Of a stretch of 64,000 nucleotides of DNA, positions 27,622 to 43,309 are shown one piece after another (within the stretch, counting starts at the first letter, position 1; every line of letters begins with the position of its first letter). The translations under genes were made by a program, and so were the position numbers. This DNA is from Octopus bimaculoides (lineage: Eukaryota): assembly GCF_001194135.2 (NCBI RefSeq), contig NC_068994.1, positions 36,236,215 to 36,300,214 on the forward strand. The letters are read 5' to 3'. Under the pieces are notes generated by a model. The model was not told the origin of the DNA and searched no databases. It saw nothing but the letters and a program-made list of their open reading frames with translations.

Positions 27622-28500
27622 TCATCACTTAGCATTTGTTTGCCAACCTGGCATGGGTTGGATGGTTTGGCAGAAAATGGCCAGCTGAAGAGCTGCCTGG
27701 GCTCCATATCTGTTTTGACATGGTCTGTATGGTTGGACACCCTTTCTAATACCAACCACTTTACAGAGTGCAAAGGGTACATTTACACAGCACCAGCATG
27801 GGTGTTTTTATGTGGCACAGGTATGGGTACTTTTTACTTGGCACCAGCACCCACAAGCCTGCAAAATTAGAAACACTCCGCAGAAGAGGGAAGCAGGCAA
27901 CATACCTGCATGCAAGGACAACTGTGATTTTACTGAACTTGTGCCTGCTAAAGCTCAGCAAACTGTCAGGTGTTTTGGTCCCCTGACATCCCCCTCTCTT
28001 GTGAGGCCCAATGTTTTTAGATTCTTTGTCCTGCGTCTGCTTGCGTCTCTCCGTTCCACATATTCCCTCCATAATTAGAGATTAGCACCTCTTGATGCAA
28101 CTGTCTTCATTCATAGGTAGTACATGACCATACCAGCACAGTCTTCTCTTTTGCACACTGCATCTGATGCCTCATACACCCAGTTTTTCTCTCAAATGAC
28201 ACTTTGTCATATATGCACACTGACATTACTGATCCAGTGGAGCACACTGGTTTCATTTCTTTCAAGATTTTGTATATTTTCAGTAACCGAAGTTCATGTC
28301 TCACTAGCATGAAGCCTAGCTGTTCATACACAGGCATCATACAATTTGCCTTTGGCTCTGAAGGATATTCCTTTCATTACCAACAGAGATAGCAGCTCTC
28401 TGAAATTTGTCCAGTCTATTCTTATTCTTGCAGTTATGCTTTCAGAACAACCTCCACCATTACTAACTTGGTTACTTATTAATGGAAACTGTGTACTACT
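27619..28500 (-). mobile_element. 5'-truncated RTE LINE (RT C-terminus, UTR, tail)
   Basis: Minus strand [43 protein letters not shown]...KRRLCWYGHVL; tail abuts (TG)n. Confidence 0.88.
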
Positions 28501-28519
28501 TCTAAGGATAAAACCTGAC

Positions 28520-29079
<560 letters not shown>

Positions 29080-30075
29080 NNNNNNNNNNNNNNNNNNNNN
29101 NNNNNNNNNNNNNNNNNNNNNNNNNNNNNNNNNNNNNNNNNNNNNNNNNNNNNNNNNNNNNNNNNNNNNNNNNNNNNNNNNNNNNNNNNNNNNNNNNNNN
29201 NNNNNNNNNNNNNNNNNNNNNNNNNNNNNNNNNNNNNNNNNNNNNNNNNNNNNNNNNNNNNNNNNNNNNNNNNNNNNNNNNNNNNNNNNNNNNNNNNNNN
29301 NNNNNNNNNNNNNNNNNNNNNNNNNNNNNNNNNNNNNNNNNNNNNNNNNNNNNNNNNNNNNNNNNNNNNNNNNNNNNNNNNNNNNNNNNNNNNNNNNNNN
29401 NNNNNNNNNNNNNNNNNNNNNNNNNNNNNNNNNNNNNNNNNNNNNNNNNNNNNNNNNNNNNNNNNNNNNNNNNNNNNNNNNNNNNNNNNNNNNNNNNNNN
29501 NNNNNNNNNNNNNNNNNNNNNNNNNNNNNNNNNNNNNNNNNNNNNNNNNNNNNNNNNNNNNNNNNNNNNNNNNNNNNNNNNNNNNNNNNNNNNNNNNNNN
29601 NNNNNNNNNNNNNNNNNNNNNNNNNNNNNNNNNNNNNNNNNNNNNNNNNNNNNNNNNNNNNNNNNNNNNNNNNNNNNNNNNNNNNNNNNNNNNNNNNNNN
29701 NNNNNNNNNNNNNNNNNNNNNNNNNNNNNNNNNNNNNNNNNNNNNNNNNNNNNNNNNNNNNNNNNNNNNNNNNNNNNNNNNNNNNNNNNNNNNNNNNNNN
29801 NNNNNNNNNNNNNNNNNNNNNNNNNNNNNNNNNNNNNNNNNNNNNNNNNNNNNNNNNNNNNNNNNNNNNNNNNNNNNNNNNNNNNNNNNNNNNNNNNNNN
29901 NNNNNNNNNNNNNNNNNNNNNNNNNNNNNNNNNNNNNNNNNNNNNNNNNNNNNNNNNNNNNNNNNNNNNNNNNNNNNNNNNNNNNNNNNNNNNNNNNNNN
30001 NNNNNNNNNNNNNNNNNNNNNNNNNNNNNNNNNNNNNNNNNNNNNNNNNNNNNNNNNNNNNNNNNNNNNNNNNNN
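29080..30075. other. Assembly gap (other gaps: 6160-6284, 8062-8363, 26400-26409, 41599-42248, 45359-45525, 52564-53143, 55077-55164, 56110-56383)
   Basis: Runs of N; most begin at microsatellites. Confidence 0.99.
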
Positions 30076-30381
30076 AAGGCAGACTATATGACGCATGTGT
30101 ACGAACAACCATGCTACATGGCAGTGAAACATGGGCTGTGACTGCTGAGGACATGCGTAAGCTCGCAAGGAATGAAGCCAGTATGTTCCGCTGGATGTGT
30201 AATGTCAATGTGCATACCCGTCAGAGTGTAAGTATCTTGAGAGAAAAGCTGAACATAAGAAGCATCAGTTGTGGTGTGCAAGAGAGACGATTGCGCTGGT
30301 ATGGACATGTGGTGAGAATGAATGAGGATAGCTGCGTGAAAAAGTGCCACACCCTAACAGTTAAGGGAACCCGTGGAAAAT
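30076..30381 (+). mobile_element. RTE RT C-terminal fragment
   Basis: MLHGSETWAVTAEDMRKLARNEASMFRWMCNV...LREKLNIRSISCGVQERRLRWYGHVVRMNEDSCVKKC...GTRGK. Confidence 0.92.
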
Positions 30382-31469
30382 AGTGTTTAATAATTGATCT
30401 GTAAAAAGTTGGTTGAAGTTAGGTTTCTTCACAAAAACAAAGAGCTAAAATAAATATAAAGAAAAGAAAAACCTCCAAAATCCCTAGAAAAATATATTAC
30501 TAACCAAAGCATCCCCAAACATTAGAATTGAAATCTCAGCTATCCACTTGCTCAATTCCTTGGAATACTACAAGTGAACCTTCATCATTGCTGTCATCAT
30601 GCTCTATTACTACTACCCTTACCACAACTAAACAATAGCAACAACAAGATCAACATGAGCAGTTACTCTTCAAAACTAGAATAATTGATGACCTATTGCA
30701 CAACAGAGTCTCTAGCTCTTCTCCACAGCCAGGCCACTGATATTCTTCTCAGAATAACACAAGTGATCCATCAGCACCATTGTCATCCTATACTACTACT
30801 ACTACTCTAATTAGTGAAGAATCACTCCTTTATTCCCCCACTGTTTGCCTCAGTCTGAATGTATACCTAACAGCTACATGATAAATCTGCCAACTGTAAA
30901 TAAAATAAAATTATGAACAAATGAAACCCCAAAATATGCCACTATTCTCAACGCGAGAGATTATGTATACACAGTGACTGTAACTTCACCCATTTACCTG
31001 GAACAAGACACACAATTCATACAAGCAATAACAGCGAATGCCCAACTACACATCTTACAATAACACCACCACTAAATGCTAAATCATACTTAATAACTTC
31101 TACACATATAAGCCAGAATCCTAGAATTTGTTGCTACTCCTAACACAAAAGATTATTTCTGATGTGGACTTGATGCACTAGTAAAAGCATGACACCAAAC
31201 TACCACCAAATCCACAGTAGAAACATCCCTTACAGTGACAGTGTTGGTCCAGGCTTTCATCAAGCCGCAAGCAATAAAACTATAACCATATTCAACAATG
31301 CAACCATACCAACTCCAGACCACAACCCTTCCCAAAAGAACATTTTTTTTAGCGATAATAAATCTGGCAAAAGAAGAAAAAAAACACCTCTAGCTCTCAT
31401 ACAGCTCAAGCCACTGTTATTACCCCAATGCACAACAACACCGTTGCTGTCATTAACCCACAATCTTAA

Positions 31470-33400
31470 CTCAGTAATAATGCTGAATGTACAAGGTCTT
31501 TCACACTTCACAAATTGAACGAAAGTATCATATCTTAGAGACTTTGTATAGAGAAAGAGACTTGGTACAACAAGAAAAACAATATGTATAGCACTAAGTG
31601 AAACACCCCTGACTTCAAACAGAATGGATGTGGAAGTAAATATGTCAGGTTACATATTACTCAGAACTGACTACAGAATATGGAAACCAGTACAGACTTC
31701 ATTCATAATGGTCAGGTCATTCTCACAGCTATTTATGTAGTATAAAATGAATGCGAGCAGCTAGGTGCAATATAAACTGTATAGGCAAAACTTAGCCACG
31801 GTTAATTGTGGCTGTATGTCTACAAGTACATATATTGCTAGAAATAAGAGTTAAACCTCTCATAGCAGCATAAAAGCACATTTATATATTCTGACAAGGT
31901 AGATAACTGCCAAATGAGTGAAGCAAAGTGAAAACTACACAGTTTCATCTTAATGGGAATTGTCAACAGTGTACCTCCACTGCATCAATAAATGTGTATA
32001 TATAAATGTATTTTTACACAGCTATTAGTGGTTTAACTGTTACAGCACATACAGTCTAAATATCTATATGTATGCTAAATACTACATAAACAATTCCAAA
32101 TTGGTCACATTTCAGCAGTGCATAACTGATGAGTTCTTCAACACCACACAACCACACAAGGAAGAGGCAACCCTTAATTACATCAATATAAATGATGATG
32201 CAACATTGGTCATTGATGAGATAAATGAACTTAACAATGGGCCCTGGTAATTTTCTAGCTATTCTTTTAAAGAAATGCAAGAAAGCTTTCACAAAACCAC
32301 TGCTAATGCTTTTCTCGAGTTTATCTTCATGTGGCAAACTTTCCAAAATGTTAAAAGACAGTATATGCCCTGTCCATAAAGTCAGTAGTAGAGCAGATGC
32401 TAAAAATTACAGGCCTGCCTATCTGACCTCATTTTTTAGAAAAATCATGGAGCGCATTGTCAGAAGGAAGGTGCTAATGCTCCTACATGAAAATATAGCT
32501 TGCTAACTAACACGCAGCATGGCTTATGTCCAAGAACGACATAACACAGCTGCTACAGCATTATAACTGGGTACTTAATTAACAGCTCAATTATTCAAAA
32601 GTTGAAGTAATACATCTTGACTTTACCATAGGTGTCAACAAAATTGATCCTAGGATATCACAAATTATATGACCTTGGTGTTGTTGGAAAACTAGGGAAC
32701 AGGCTGCATGACAATTTAAAAGATAAGAGTCAGTAAGTCACAGCCAATGGTGCCCTCTCTGAGCAAGCATCAATTCTAAACAGTCATCAGATAATTGTAC
32801 TGGGACTTTTACTGTTTATGCCATCACCCAACAAACATTGTAATCAGACCTATTTAGGACTGGGGCTATTGCTTTCCTGGTGTCAAAGTCAGTGCATGAC
32901 CAGGGAATCCATTAGTAATGATGCATCATTCTGTATACATATTACTAAGACTGCAACACTGTGCAACCAATTATCTGGTTGGATTCTGAAATCAAAATAA
33001 TGAAAAAGGAAACCATGTTCCTTCTATAAAGAACAGTCATTCTCAGTTTCCTGAATTACTGCTCTCAATTATGGTTGCTGCAATGCATCGAACTAATACT
33101 AGTGGAAGATCATGGAATATCTAGTACCCAACTCTGAAATCTCTACCAACCACCAAAATGGATACCACTGCAAAAAAGATCCTTCCCTTTCCATCTTAAG
33201 TAAGGATCCAATATGCCTTTTTGTTCAATTTTCAATACCTAACCAAAAACCCTTAGAGATCCACACTATGTAGATGTGGATGTGTTCAAAGAATGTTTAG
33301 GCAATTTTTTATCTAAGAAACCAGATGGGCCACCCACCCACATCATGGCAAGAAGTACAAAGAAGAGTATCTTCATCTTTGGAGCCAATTCCAGAAAAAG
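31470..33400 (+). mobile_element. Decayed CR1-clade LINE ORF2 (APE endonuclease start, RT and C-terminus; internally deleted)
   Basis: VIMLNVQGL...CIALSETPL...SGYILLRTD (APE); GPGNFLAILLKKC...KPLLMLF...PVHK...NYRPAYLTS...MERIVR (RT); DVFKECLGNFLSKKPDGP (CR1 end). Confidence 0.85.
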
Positions 33401-35279
33401 GATTAGGAAATAAGTTTGAAATAAACAAGTAATCACACAAATGCCAGTGCCCCCAATGTGTGTGTAGCCTATGGCTGTAACCAGTAATTTTTTTTTATTT
33501 ATTTACACACACACACACACGCATATATGTATGTGTGAGTGTAATTACTAAATGACAGCTAAGGGAAGTAATTCAAATAGTCTGATGAATTTAGCTAGTT
33601 CAGGTAGGTGGTGATGCACAAAATATTCTTAATGAATTGATGTTGCCGCATAGTTAGAGAATATTAACTAAAAATCTAGTGGCATTGTTAATGACTATCG
33701 AAGAAGAAGGGAGGTAATTTGAAAAAACAATTTTCTATGTAGGTACCACATAAGCAGGAAGTTACCTTCAACCACTGTAACCACACAAAAGTATTTTAAT
33801 ACTCACAAAAAGATTTGTTCTTCATTCTCAGATTCAGTCTAGCTTTCATATTCCTCTGTCATATCTATAACAATGCATTTTGGTCACTCTTGGAGCAGAC
33901 TAATCACTTCTCTGAGTTATATAAGTAAATGGATCTTCATCAGTTTTGACCAGGAGTATTCAGTTGTTCAATCAACTGAATAGCCTACTCATTCCCTTGT
34001 TATAATAGGGACCATGTCACCAAAACAATTTGTGCACATTAGAGCAATAAGCAAAAATATTACTTTCAAATTCAGGAATCATGTGAATATTTTAGAATGA
34101 TTTTGCTTCCGGCAAAGTAGGAACTGCATCTCCCACTTTCATTCATATATGACCTAGATCATTTTAGCGACCTCCATTTTATGCTATACAGCAAAGTGTC
34201 TTCTTTTATTCACCATATATAGTTGGTTGAAGTTGTGATATTTCACTTTTTCTGGATCCTAAAAGACAATCTGAGATTACTCAGCCTGATCTTAAAGGGG
34301 CTCTTTATTTCACCTGCCCCTGAACAAAGCAGACATAATGTCAACCAACACCAACAGAACAATGCAATATACTGTTGGTGTTGTGGACCACCACTTCTGT
34401 GCTACATTGATCATTCATCGTGCACTGACTATAAACTTTACATGAGCATCCTGCCTCTGTCCAGGTTTTAGGGGTGTTATCTAATATCTTTTTGATGTTA
34501 GGTGCACAGCTTAATATGAAAATTTTGGTATATCTACTGTCCTGTGTAAAATGTTTATGCACTAATTTAAGGAAGGCCCCTACCTATGCAGGTCTTCATG
34601 TTAAGTGAGAAATGGATGCCAAACCAGATTATTTTGTGGCAACACTTTCTCTTGTGGGTGCTAGGGTTAGGCATGTAAGTAATGTGATTTTTAAATCCAA
34701 TAACTGTGAAGGCATTGTTATAGTAGTGGGCACTGAAGACATCTTTATTGGAGGGTAGGTTTCAGAACCTCCTACTAATACCTTTTACAAGGTTTTTAAA
34801 CCTGAAAGGAAGGTGGCAGAAAGCTATGTTGACAGTTTATTGTATTGTTTGTTGTAGGGCCTAAATCAAGCATTATGTCCAAGAAATTAACTTTGGTTAG
34901 GTTGGTCTCTATAGTAACCTTGAGCCCAAGGAAGCTAAAGGCATCAATCAGGTCTTTGATGAGCCTTTCCACACTTCTAGAGATTGCTGAAGTGTCGTTT
35001 GGGTAGAGGACAAAGCATATTGAAGATAATTTCTAATCTTGGGTGTTCAGCACAGAAGCCTTTTCATTATGGTTTCAGCAGTTCAGTTCACATTTTAGTT
35101 GTTAAATTGTATGGCATTTATTGTAGCTCAGGATAAAATGTGTTTGCAGTTTAAATAGGTTAAAGTTATCTATTTTTTTCCCTTGATTTCTAGAATATAA
35201 ATGTCATTTAGTTCTTTATTAGACTGGCTAATAAAAAAATGTTTTTCATTAATCTTGCACTAATCTATGTTAACTATTG

Positions 35280-35318
<39 letters not shown>

Positions 35319-37119
35319 TAAATAAGCAAGAGTGTTGGGCTTTCTAAGAATGGCACATAGATATGAAGGATTTGGGGTATTTAGCCCAATTTTCCATTTT
35401 AGAATATAGTCTCCAGCGTAAGCAAAATATAGACAACTCATACACTACAAGAATAATCTTGTATCATTTTTAGATAAGGAATATGTCAAACATTTGTTTC
35501 CAGAGCAGATAATGGCTACCATACAACAACATGGGAAGTATTATCTGAAAGTTATCTCTGGAGGTTTTCGAGTTTGATCAAATCGATAAACACTATATAT
35601 GGGTCCTTCTTGTGTTCCTCAATTCTTTACTGACTCTGACATAAACTAAAGGCCATATCCAAAGATGCACTATTTTTTGGTCTAAGACAATGCTAATATT
35701 TTGGCAAACAATGTCTAAAATGTAAGCATTTATTAGGTGAAGTATGACACAAACCAAAGTCTTACTACTATTTCTACTATTCAACCTCATGCTTTTAATT
35801 TTGTAAAAGTACACAATGCAAACATTCTTAAATTGATGAGGCACTATTTCATTTAACTACATGACAGAATAATCCTGTAAGCTATTTGGCCAGTCAATCA
35901 TTTCGCTATCTGTACACATTTGATAGTACTCCCAAAGCCATTCAATGTGTATTTAGCCTTTTTGATATCAACCCACCTAAGACTGCTCCTTGTTATACGA
36001 TACATATTTACTGTTTAAATTGATCTAAATTAAAATGTTTCATCAAAATTCCATATCATTGTGTGTTCCAAATGCAAGCTTATGACAAACAAAATCATTT
36101 TACTAAATTCTCCATTGTTTCAAAATTTAATGAAATAAAGGCAGCATGTTTCAACAAAAATATAGTAAGGAAAAGGTTAGTGGCACATACAAATGCCTCA
36201 TAAACTCAACAACAGTTTACCATTCTAGGACTTTATATTACCTCAAATAATAGTAAATATAGTTCACAAGCATGGTATTCAAAGTGAGACACCATTTTAC
36301 TTTTAGAGCACAAGAGTACATTAAAGTTTCCTCTTTGGCGAGGACCTCAGAGCCAGGGGCCAAAAGTTTGCTGAGTATTAACCTGTGGCTAGACTAACAT
36401 TTGGCTTGGTGTATATGAGTAGGATTCACATTTTTACTGTTTCTGCTAATCTAGCATAAGCAATTTCTTGGATTATAAATGTTTTTGTATAGTTCTTTCT
36501 TTGAGAGTGATACAGTTTGTTAAAAAATATATATATTAGTGACAGTGGTAGTATTAATACTAAGAGGGGATATTTATCACCATTTAAACACAGATGTTCT
36601 GCAAGTTTCTTTTAACAGAACATCCACGTTTAAGTGGGGATAAATATTACGTCACTGCAGAGTGGTAATAAGAAGAGACTCAGTCATACATTTTTTTTTT
36701 TCACAACCCTGTGTGCACCAACAGTTTCAAGCATGGTGTGTAAAATTAGCTGAGTCAAATATTAAAGCTGCTTGCCAATAAACTTTGACACATCATGGAG
36801 CAAAAGATGAAATAGAAGCATCATTTGTTAGGTATGCTGTTAACTATCATTGACACGTAAGTGCAGATTAATGTGGTACAAGAGTTCATTTCAGTTTGAA
36901 TGCATATAATCATCAGGTGATTCTTCAAATCAGGCATTTCAGATTTGTAGCAATGATCTCATATTCAGGCAAAGTCAGTACAATGACCTTACTTGTCAGC
37001 TGATTTGTATACTCACTTGCTCAATTACACTTGCATCTGAGAAGCTCACTTCTCGATGAAAAACCAGGTCAATGGAGACCCCCAAAAGCAAATATGACAG
37101 TCTTACACTCCAAGCTTTA

Positions 37120-37161
37120 CTGGTCATCCAAATATAGTATAACTTGTATTCGGATGACCAG
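37120..37161. other. Isolated 42-nt inverted repeat
   Basis: CTGGTCATCCAAATA...TATTCGGATGACCAG: 15-bp stem with one mismatch. Confidence 0.8.
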
Positions 37162-38439
37162 ACATCTGAAGTCACTGACAGATATAGGTATAAATTAACA
37201 GAGTTTGGGTTTTTTTTTTTTATTGACCCTTACCATAGATAAGTATAGAGAATACTGTTGGTATACTTACAGATAAACACACACTTACACACACTATATA
37301 TATTTATAACTAGATAGACTGCCAATATTATGCATTACATTGTTTTGTTAATTGATTATTATAGAATGAAATGAAAGCTCACATGTCCTAACCTTGATAA
37401 ACATAGTATCATGGAAAATTATTTAACAAATCAAATATTAATTTTAATTAAATATTTCAAAATAATTAATTACTTCAACATTAGTTTTAGATTACATTTT
37501 TAAATAATTATTCAATACAATTACTAGACTATTGTTGGATGTGCTGATAATTACTATCAAGGATAATAATTAATCTAAAAGTAAATAAAAATTAACAGCA
37601 CCATTTTACAGAAGAGCTGTTTCGTTTGAAAACAATATGAAACCAAAATTATATATCTCTAGATTTTTATCAGTAACTAATATTAAAGTAGGAATAAATT
37701 CTTATCAGTGAAATCCATAAAGGCAATCCAGAGTTTTAAAAAGAAATAATCATAACAAAAATATCAGAAACCTAAATAGCATTCTCAAAGTATTTCACAG
37801 TTGAAAGACTGCCTTTATTTGAAAATGACAGCATAATTTATTAAAATATTTATTGAAATATAAGTAACTATGTACAAGTATTTTAAAAAATAATTTTTCA
37901 GGCAACCCTAAATCTCTTTTAGATACCTATTAATGATCATGTCCCCTTATAATATAAATTACAAAAAATAAATAAATAAATAAATAATGGTTAAAAGAAT
38001 AATGCTGATATAATCAATAAAACAAGCAGAGAGAATCAATAATCCTGCAAAACAATGTCATTGATTCTTTATTCAGAGTTGTAGATCCGTATTTCTTGGA
38101 TTCTAATATAACAGCATCTGAAATGTATATTAACAGTACTACATGTTCATTTTATATGTTGAGTTCAATAGAAAGAAAAACTTGGATTTTATTCTTTTAT
38201 TGAAATGTAAACATGCCATTTTCATCTTAGAGAGAGGCTTGACATCGAAAAAGAATAGAGTTATCACTGTCTATTTTAATGGTGTATCTTAATTATACTA
38301 CCAATCGAAATTATTTTATGTAAACAGAAAATAATCTTCATATACATATATATAATATAAATACTGATATATATATATATGTATATATATATATGTACAC
38401 ACAAACACACACACAATTGTATAGGACTGTCTAAAGCAA

Positions 38440-38730
38440 TTATTTGTGACTCATTCCCATGTTAAATCTACTTCTTTGCGGCAGGAATCTGAAGCAGGTT
38501 TCCGTTTCCCTTCCATGGGAACCATAAACAGCCTGTCATTGGCTGCAGCAGACATTACATACACACTTGATAGGACTGCAGACCTCTCTCTCTCATATTC
38601 ACACAACAACACAGACCAAGCTACACAGTACTGCTAAGCACACAACAGCAGCAGTAACCATACAACTCTACAGCAGGATACACATCTCAGCTAACGACAC
38701 TCTGGAGACTATTTACCTGCTTTGGTGAGT
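38440..38730 (+). promoter_or_regulatory. Candidate promoter and first (UTR) exon
   Basis: TGACTCA (38447), reverse CCAAT box CAGCCAATGA (38536-38545), and donor TTTG|GTGAGT at 38725 in unique-looking, more GC-balanced sequence; motif evidence only. Confidence 0.35.
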
Positions 38731-39706
38731 GTTTAATACATTCTGTTACTATCCAGCAGCAGTTGATAATAAAGACAGTTTACCATTTGAACAGTAGATT
38801 TAGCTTTTTATATTTCTGAAGAAAAATCAGTGCATTATCTATTATTAGAAAAGTACTTGAATTAATTCTACAAAGTAATATGTTACGGTCAGTGACTGAT
38901 GCAATGCTATATGTTGTTGTTCAAAGGAGAAACATTCATTTCATGTTATGCCCAACAAGTCCCTTAAAATGTTCACAGGAAAATATCCTTTATGGTGTTC
39001 ATATATAGTTTGGTTTGTTATATATTTTCCTGGCATTTTCAGATAGTAACTATGACATTTAACAGCTAATACTGGGAATTCTTCTTTGAAGTCAGATGTA
39101 TTAAGAATGTATGAGTTCATGATAGAATCAGCTAACTAGTATAAATGAATGTGTGTGTGTGTGTGTGTGTGTCTCTGTGTGTGCGTGTGTATCTGTGTGT
39201 GTGTGTGTGTGTTCAACTACAAAAGGAAATGATTTCATTTCAGACAAAAAATTTATTCCATTGAGATTTTTGTTTAATTGAATTACAATATATGATTAAT
39301 TTGTTATTTCAAACTAAAAATACATATCTAGACGCTTTCATGTACTATCCTGCTTTCATTTCAAAATGTCCTTTATTTTTATGTTTGATATTCTTGATTA
39401 AATTTGGTCAATTTTATTACAACCCTAATAGTTAAAGTTTTCAATTCATGAGTAGACTAGTGAAGATGAAATAACCTGCAAAATAACTATTCAACCATGT
39501 TAAGGATACAGAATCATGTAATTAACCAATATTACTTAATGTTTTTAAATAACCATTTGACTATACATGACATACACACAGGTGTCAAGATGAATATAAA
39601 CTTAAGCAATTCAAATACTTACTATAATGAGTATATATGCAGAAAACACAAATATTCAATGTATATGTGATGTGCATGTGTGTGTGTAAACACAAATATA
39701 ACCATG

Positions 39707-39803
<97 letters not shown>

Positions 39804-40068
39804 CACACACATATATACATGCGTGTGGGTATATACGTGTTTCTATTTTTATATATGTAGATATATTTTTTTTAAATATTCATACATTCAACAAGCAATA
39901 ACTGAACAAATACACATTCACATACATATGCATCCATGTACTTCTACACACACTTGTAATAGATTATACATACACATCTATTTGTAAGAAGTGTAAATTA
40001 TTTTGCAATCAGACCCCGTACTAATATATGTTTGTGAGTATGAGTGTGTACAGAGAAGGGAGAGAATG

Positions 40069-40123
<55 letters not shown>

Positions 40124-41273
40124 GTGTAAGAAATTCAGGATATTCATGTGCCAGTGTATGTGAAATTGCATGTGTGTGTATGTACTGTGTATGAGTACTA
40201 AGACTGCAAAATTAAATACAAATACTAGAATATCCATGTGTATACCATAGAAATGTTTAATATGAAGTCTGCACAGCATAAGGGTACAAAGTTAATATCA
40301 AAGCACAAATTATATCAAGAACATCATTCGTATCCAAAATTCCATGATACATCTAAATGATTTGCTGAAGCCAACTAAATCGACTTCAGTAAAAGTTGCA
40401 TATTCAAATGTATTGATATAGTAAAATACACAAATACACATATACATTTAGAGAAAGTCTCTAACCCAAAGCTTGCTCTTGAGGCTATATCTTTCCATTT
40501 GTGTTATTTTATTGTTGTATTCACTACTTGTCAGAGATAGTTAGCTTCAAATCAAAATCCAATTAAATTGTCAGAATGTGTGCAACTACTGGCGTCCTGT
40601 CACACCTATTGTGTTTAATTTCTAATGCTCAGTTCTTAAAAGCATGCCCAATCAACAGAAATCATTTTTTCAATACCTTCCTTCACTTAATCTACAGCTC
40701 TCTAAATATAATACAAGTAATTGAGTAACTAACAGAATTTTCCTTAAAAGCAGCATCTACCATTTCAATAAAAGTATCATGAATTAGCTCCCATTTTTCA
40801 GATCACGTGGGAAATACACACACATAAATGAAGCACACTGGCCGTCACATCCATCTTTATATTTTCGACATCATCTCCCATGTTGACCATTATATACACA
40901 TTATATATAAATACATATACACAGACACATATACATACACACATATTTGTAAACATATAAGCAGGTGCATATATTCATTTCTCCCCACCCACCCGTATGT
41001 GTATGTGTGGAAGTGGGTGTGTGTGTAGATAGATATTCTCATATATACACATATATATACATATAAATATATACACATAAACATATACATAATATATACA
41101 TATATATGTATATATACATAAATATATATCATGTATACATATTATATATATAAATGTAAACACACACATACAAATATTCATACATACACATGGACATACA
41201 CATATATGTGTGTATGTATGTGTGTATGTATGTATGTATGTATGTATCTACCCAGGTCGAGATACACACATAC

Positions 41274-41304
<31 letters not shown>

Positions 41305-41558
41305 GATAGATAGATATCATCAGTTTGTGCATCCACTTTTCCATGCTTTCATGGGCTGGACAGAATTTTGTTGAGGTGGATTTTCTACAGCCAGATGCTT
41401 TTCCTGTCACAATCCCTCACCTCAAATAAGGTAATACATCCCCATCATCAAACATTTTCACACATTTGTAACGATAGCAGTGACATCCATTTACAACTAT
41501 CATGTGATGTCAAGGTGATACACACACACATAAATATCTACACACACATATATGCACG

Positions 41559-41598
<40 letters not shown>

Positions 41599-42248
41599 NN
41601 NNNNNNNNNNNNNNNNNNNNNNNNNNNNNNNNNNNNNNNNNNNNNNNNNNNNNNNNNNNNNNNNNNNNNNNNNNNNNNNNNNNNNNNNNNNNNNNNNNNN
41701 NNNNNNNNNNNNNNNNNNNNNNNNNNNNNNNNNNNNNNNNNNNNNNNNNNNNNNNNNNNNNNNNNNNNNNNNNNNNNNNNNNNNNNNNNNNNNNNNNNNN
41801 NNNNNNNNNNNNNNNNNNNNNNNNNNNNNNNNNNNNNNNNNNNNNNNNNNNNNNNNNNNNNNNNNNNNNNNNNNNNNNNNNNNNNNNNNNNNNNNNNNNN
41901 NNNNNNNNNNNNNNNNNNNNNNNNNNNNNNNNNNNNNNNNNNNNNNNNNNNNNNNNNNNNNNNNNNNNNNNNNNNNNNNNNNNNNNNNNNNNNNNNNNNN
42001 NNNNNNNNNNNNNNNNNNNNNNNNNNNNNNNNNNNNNNNNNNNNNNNNNNNNNNNNNNNNNNNNNNNNNNNNNNNNNNNNNNNNNNNNNNNNNNNNNNNN
42101 NNNNNNNNNNNNNNNNNNNNNNNNNNNNNNNNNNNNNNNNNNNNNNNNNNNNNNNNNNNNNNNNNNNNNNNNNNNNNNNNNNNNNNNNNNNNNNNNNNNN
42201 NNNNNNNNNNNNNNNNNNNNNNNNNNNNNNNNNNNNNNNNNNNNNNNN

Positions 42249-42299
<51 letters not shown>

Positions 42300-42819
42300 T
42301 ATAGATGTATGTATTTGTTTTCATTGATAATTGGCAGAAGTTACAGAGGGACTCAAAGGCCTAGAGTTTTGTGCATTGGTACTTACCATTACACATACAT
42401 ATGTATAGAAATACATAAACATACAGGGCTGGCATCAATTGCCATTTGGTAATTGTGACACATCTTCTGTATTTGTCTATGATGTTCTTATACATACCAT
42501 TTGTTAGTCCAAGTTATTTCTAACTCAATTTTGTTTATATTATAGAAATCACCTGGGCCATAACTGAGTCCTACTCTTTTTGTATATGTACGAGTCCCTT
42601 AGCTACTGAAGATAAGGTATGATAATTATCATACTGATGATGACCATTGGGCCAGAAATATGAATCCATGGCTGTCCTCCATAAAATAAGCCTGTCCTTT
42701 TCTTTAAAAGCACATCGACTTTATAAAATTCTTAATTCTTGAGATTATCTCCCCTATTTATTTGGAGCTGGTTTCAAATGTAATTTAGTAACTGTGACAC
42801 AACCCTGAGAGGTAGAGAT

Positions 42820-43010
42820 CATCATCATCATCATCATCATCGTTTAACGTCCGCTTTCCATGCTAGCATGGGTTGGACGATTTGACTGAGGACTGGTGAA
42901 ACCGGATGGCAACACCAGGCTCCAGTCTGATTTGGCAGAGTTTCTACAGCTGGATGCCCTTCCTAACGCCAACCACTCAGAGAGTGTAGTGGGTTCTTTT
43001 ACGTGTCACC
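42820..43010 (-). mobile_element. Young RTE 3' end
   Basis: (cat)7cgtttaacgtccgctttccatgctagcatgggttggacg... Confidence 0.9.
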
Positions 43011-43309
43011 CCACGAATCATTATAATAACTCAAGAATTTATGTTATATGTTATTTTATATACTTGTATTTGTCCATGTTGTTCATATGCATGCTCCTGA
43101 CCCATCTGAGTTATTCCTTTAATATATATATATATACTTGGATTGAAAATGACTGAACGTATTCCATCAGGTGTCAGATGATGCTATTAAGTTAGACATG
43201 GCCTGGGCCAGTTTTAGCTGAAACATTTCTGAGTTTATCTAAGTTTATACCTTTGCTCACACACACACATACATATATACACATGCACAAATTTTACAAA
43301 TATGTTCTG

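Noticed and set aside
38446-38637. 63-aa ORF with a GTG start
   Set aside because: No domain; the region is better explained as promoter/UTR, if functional at all
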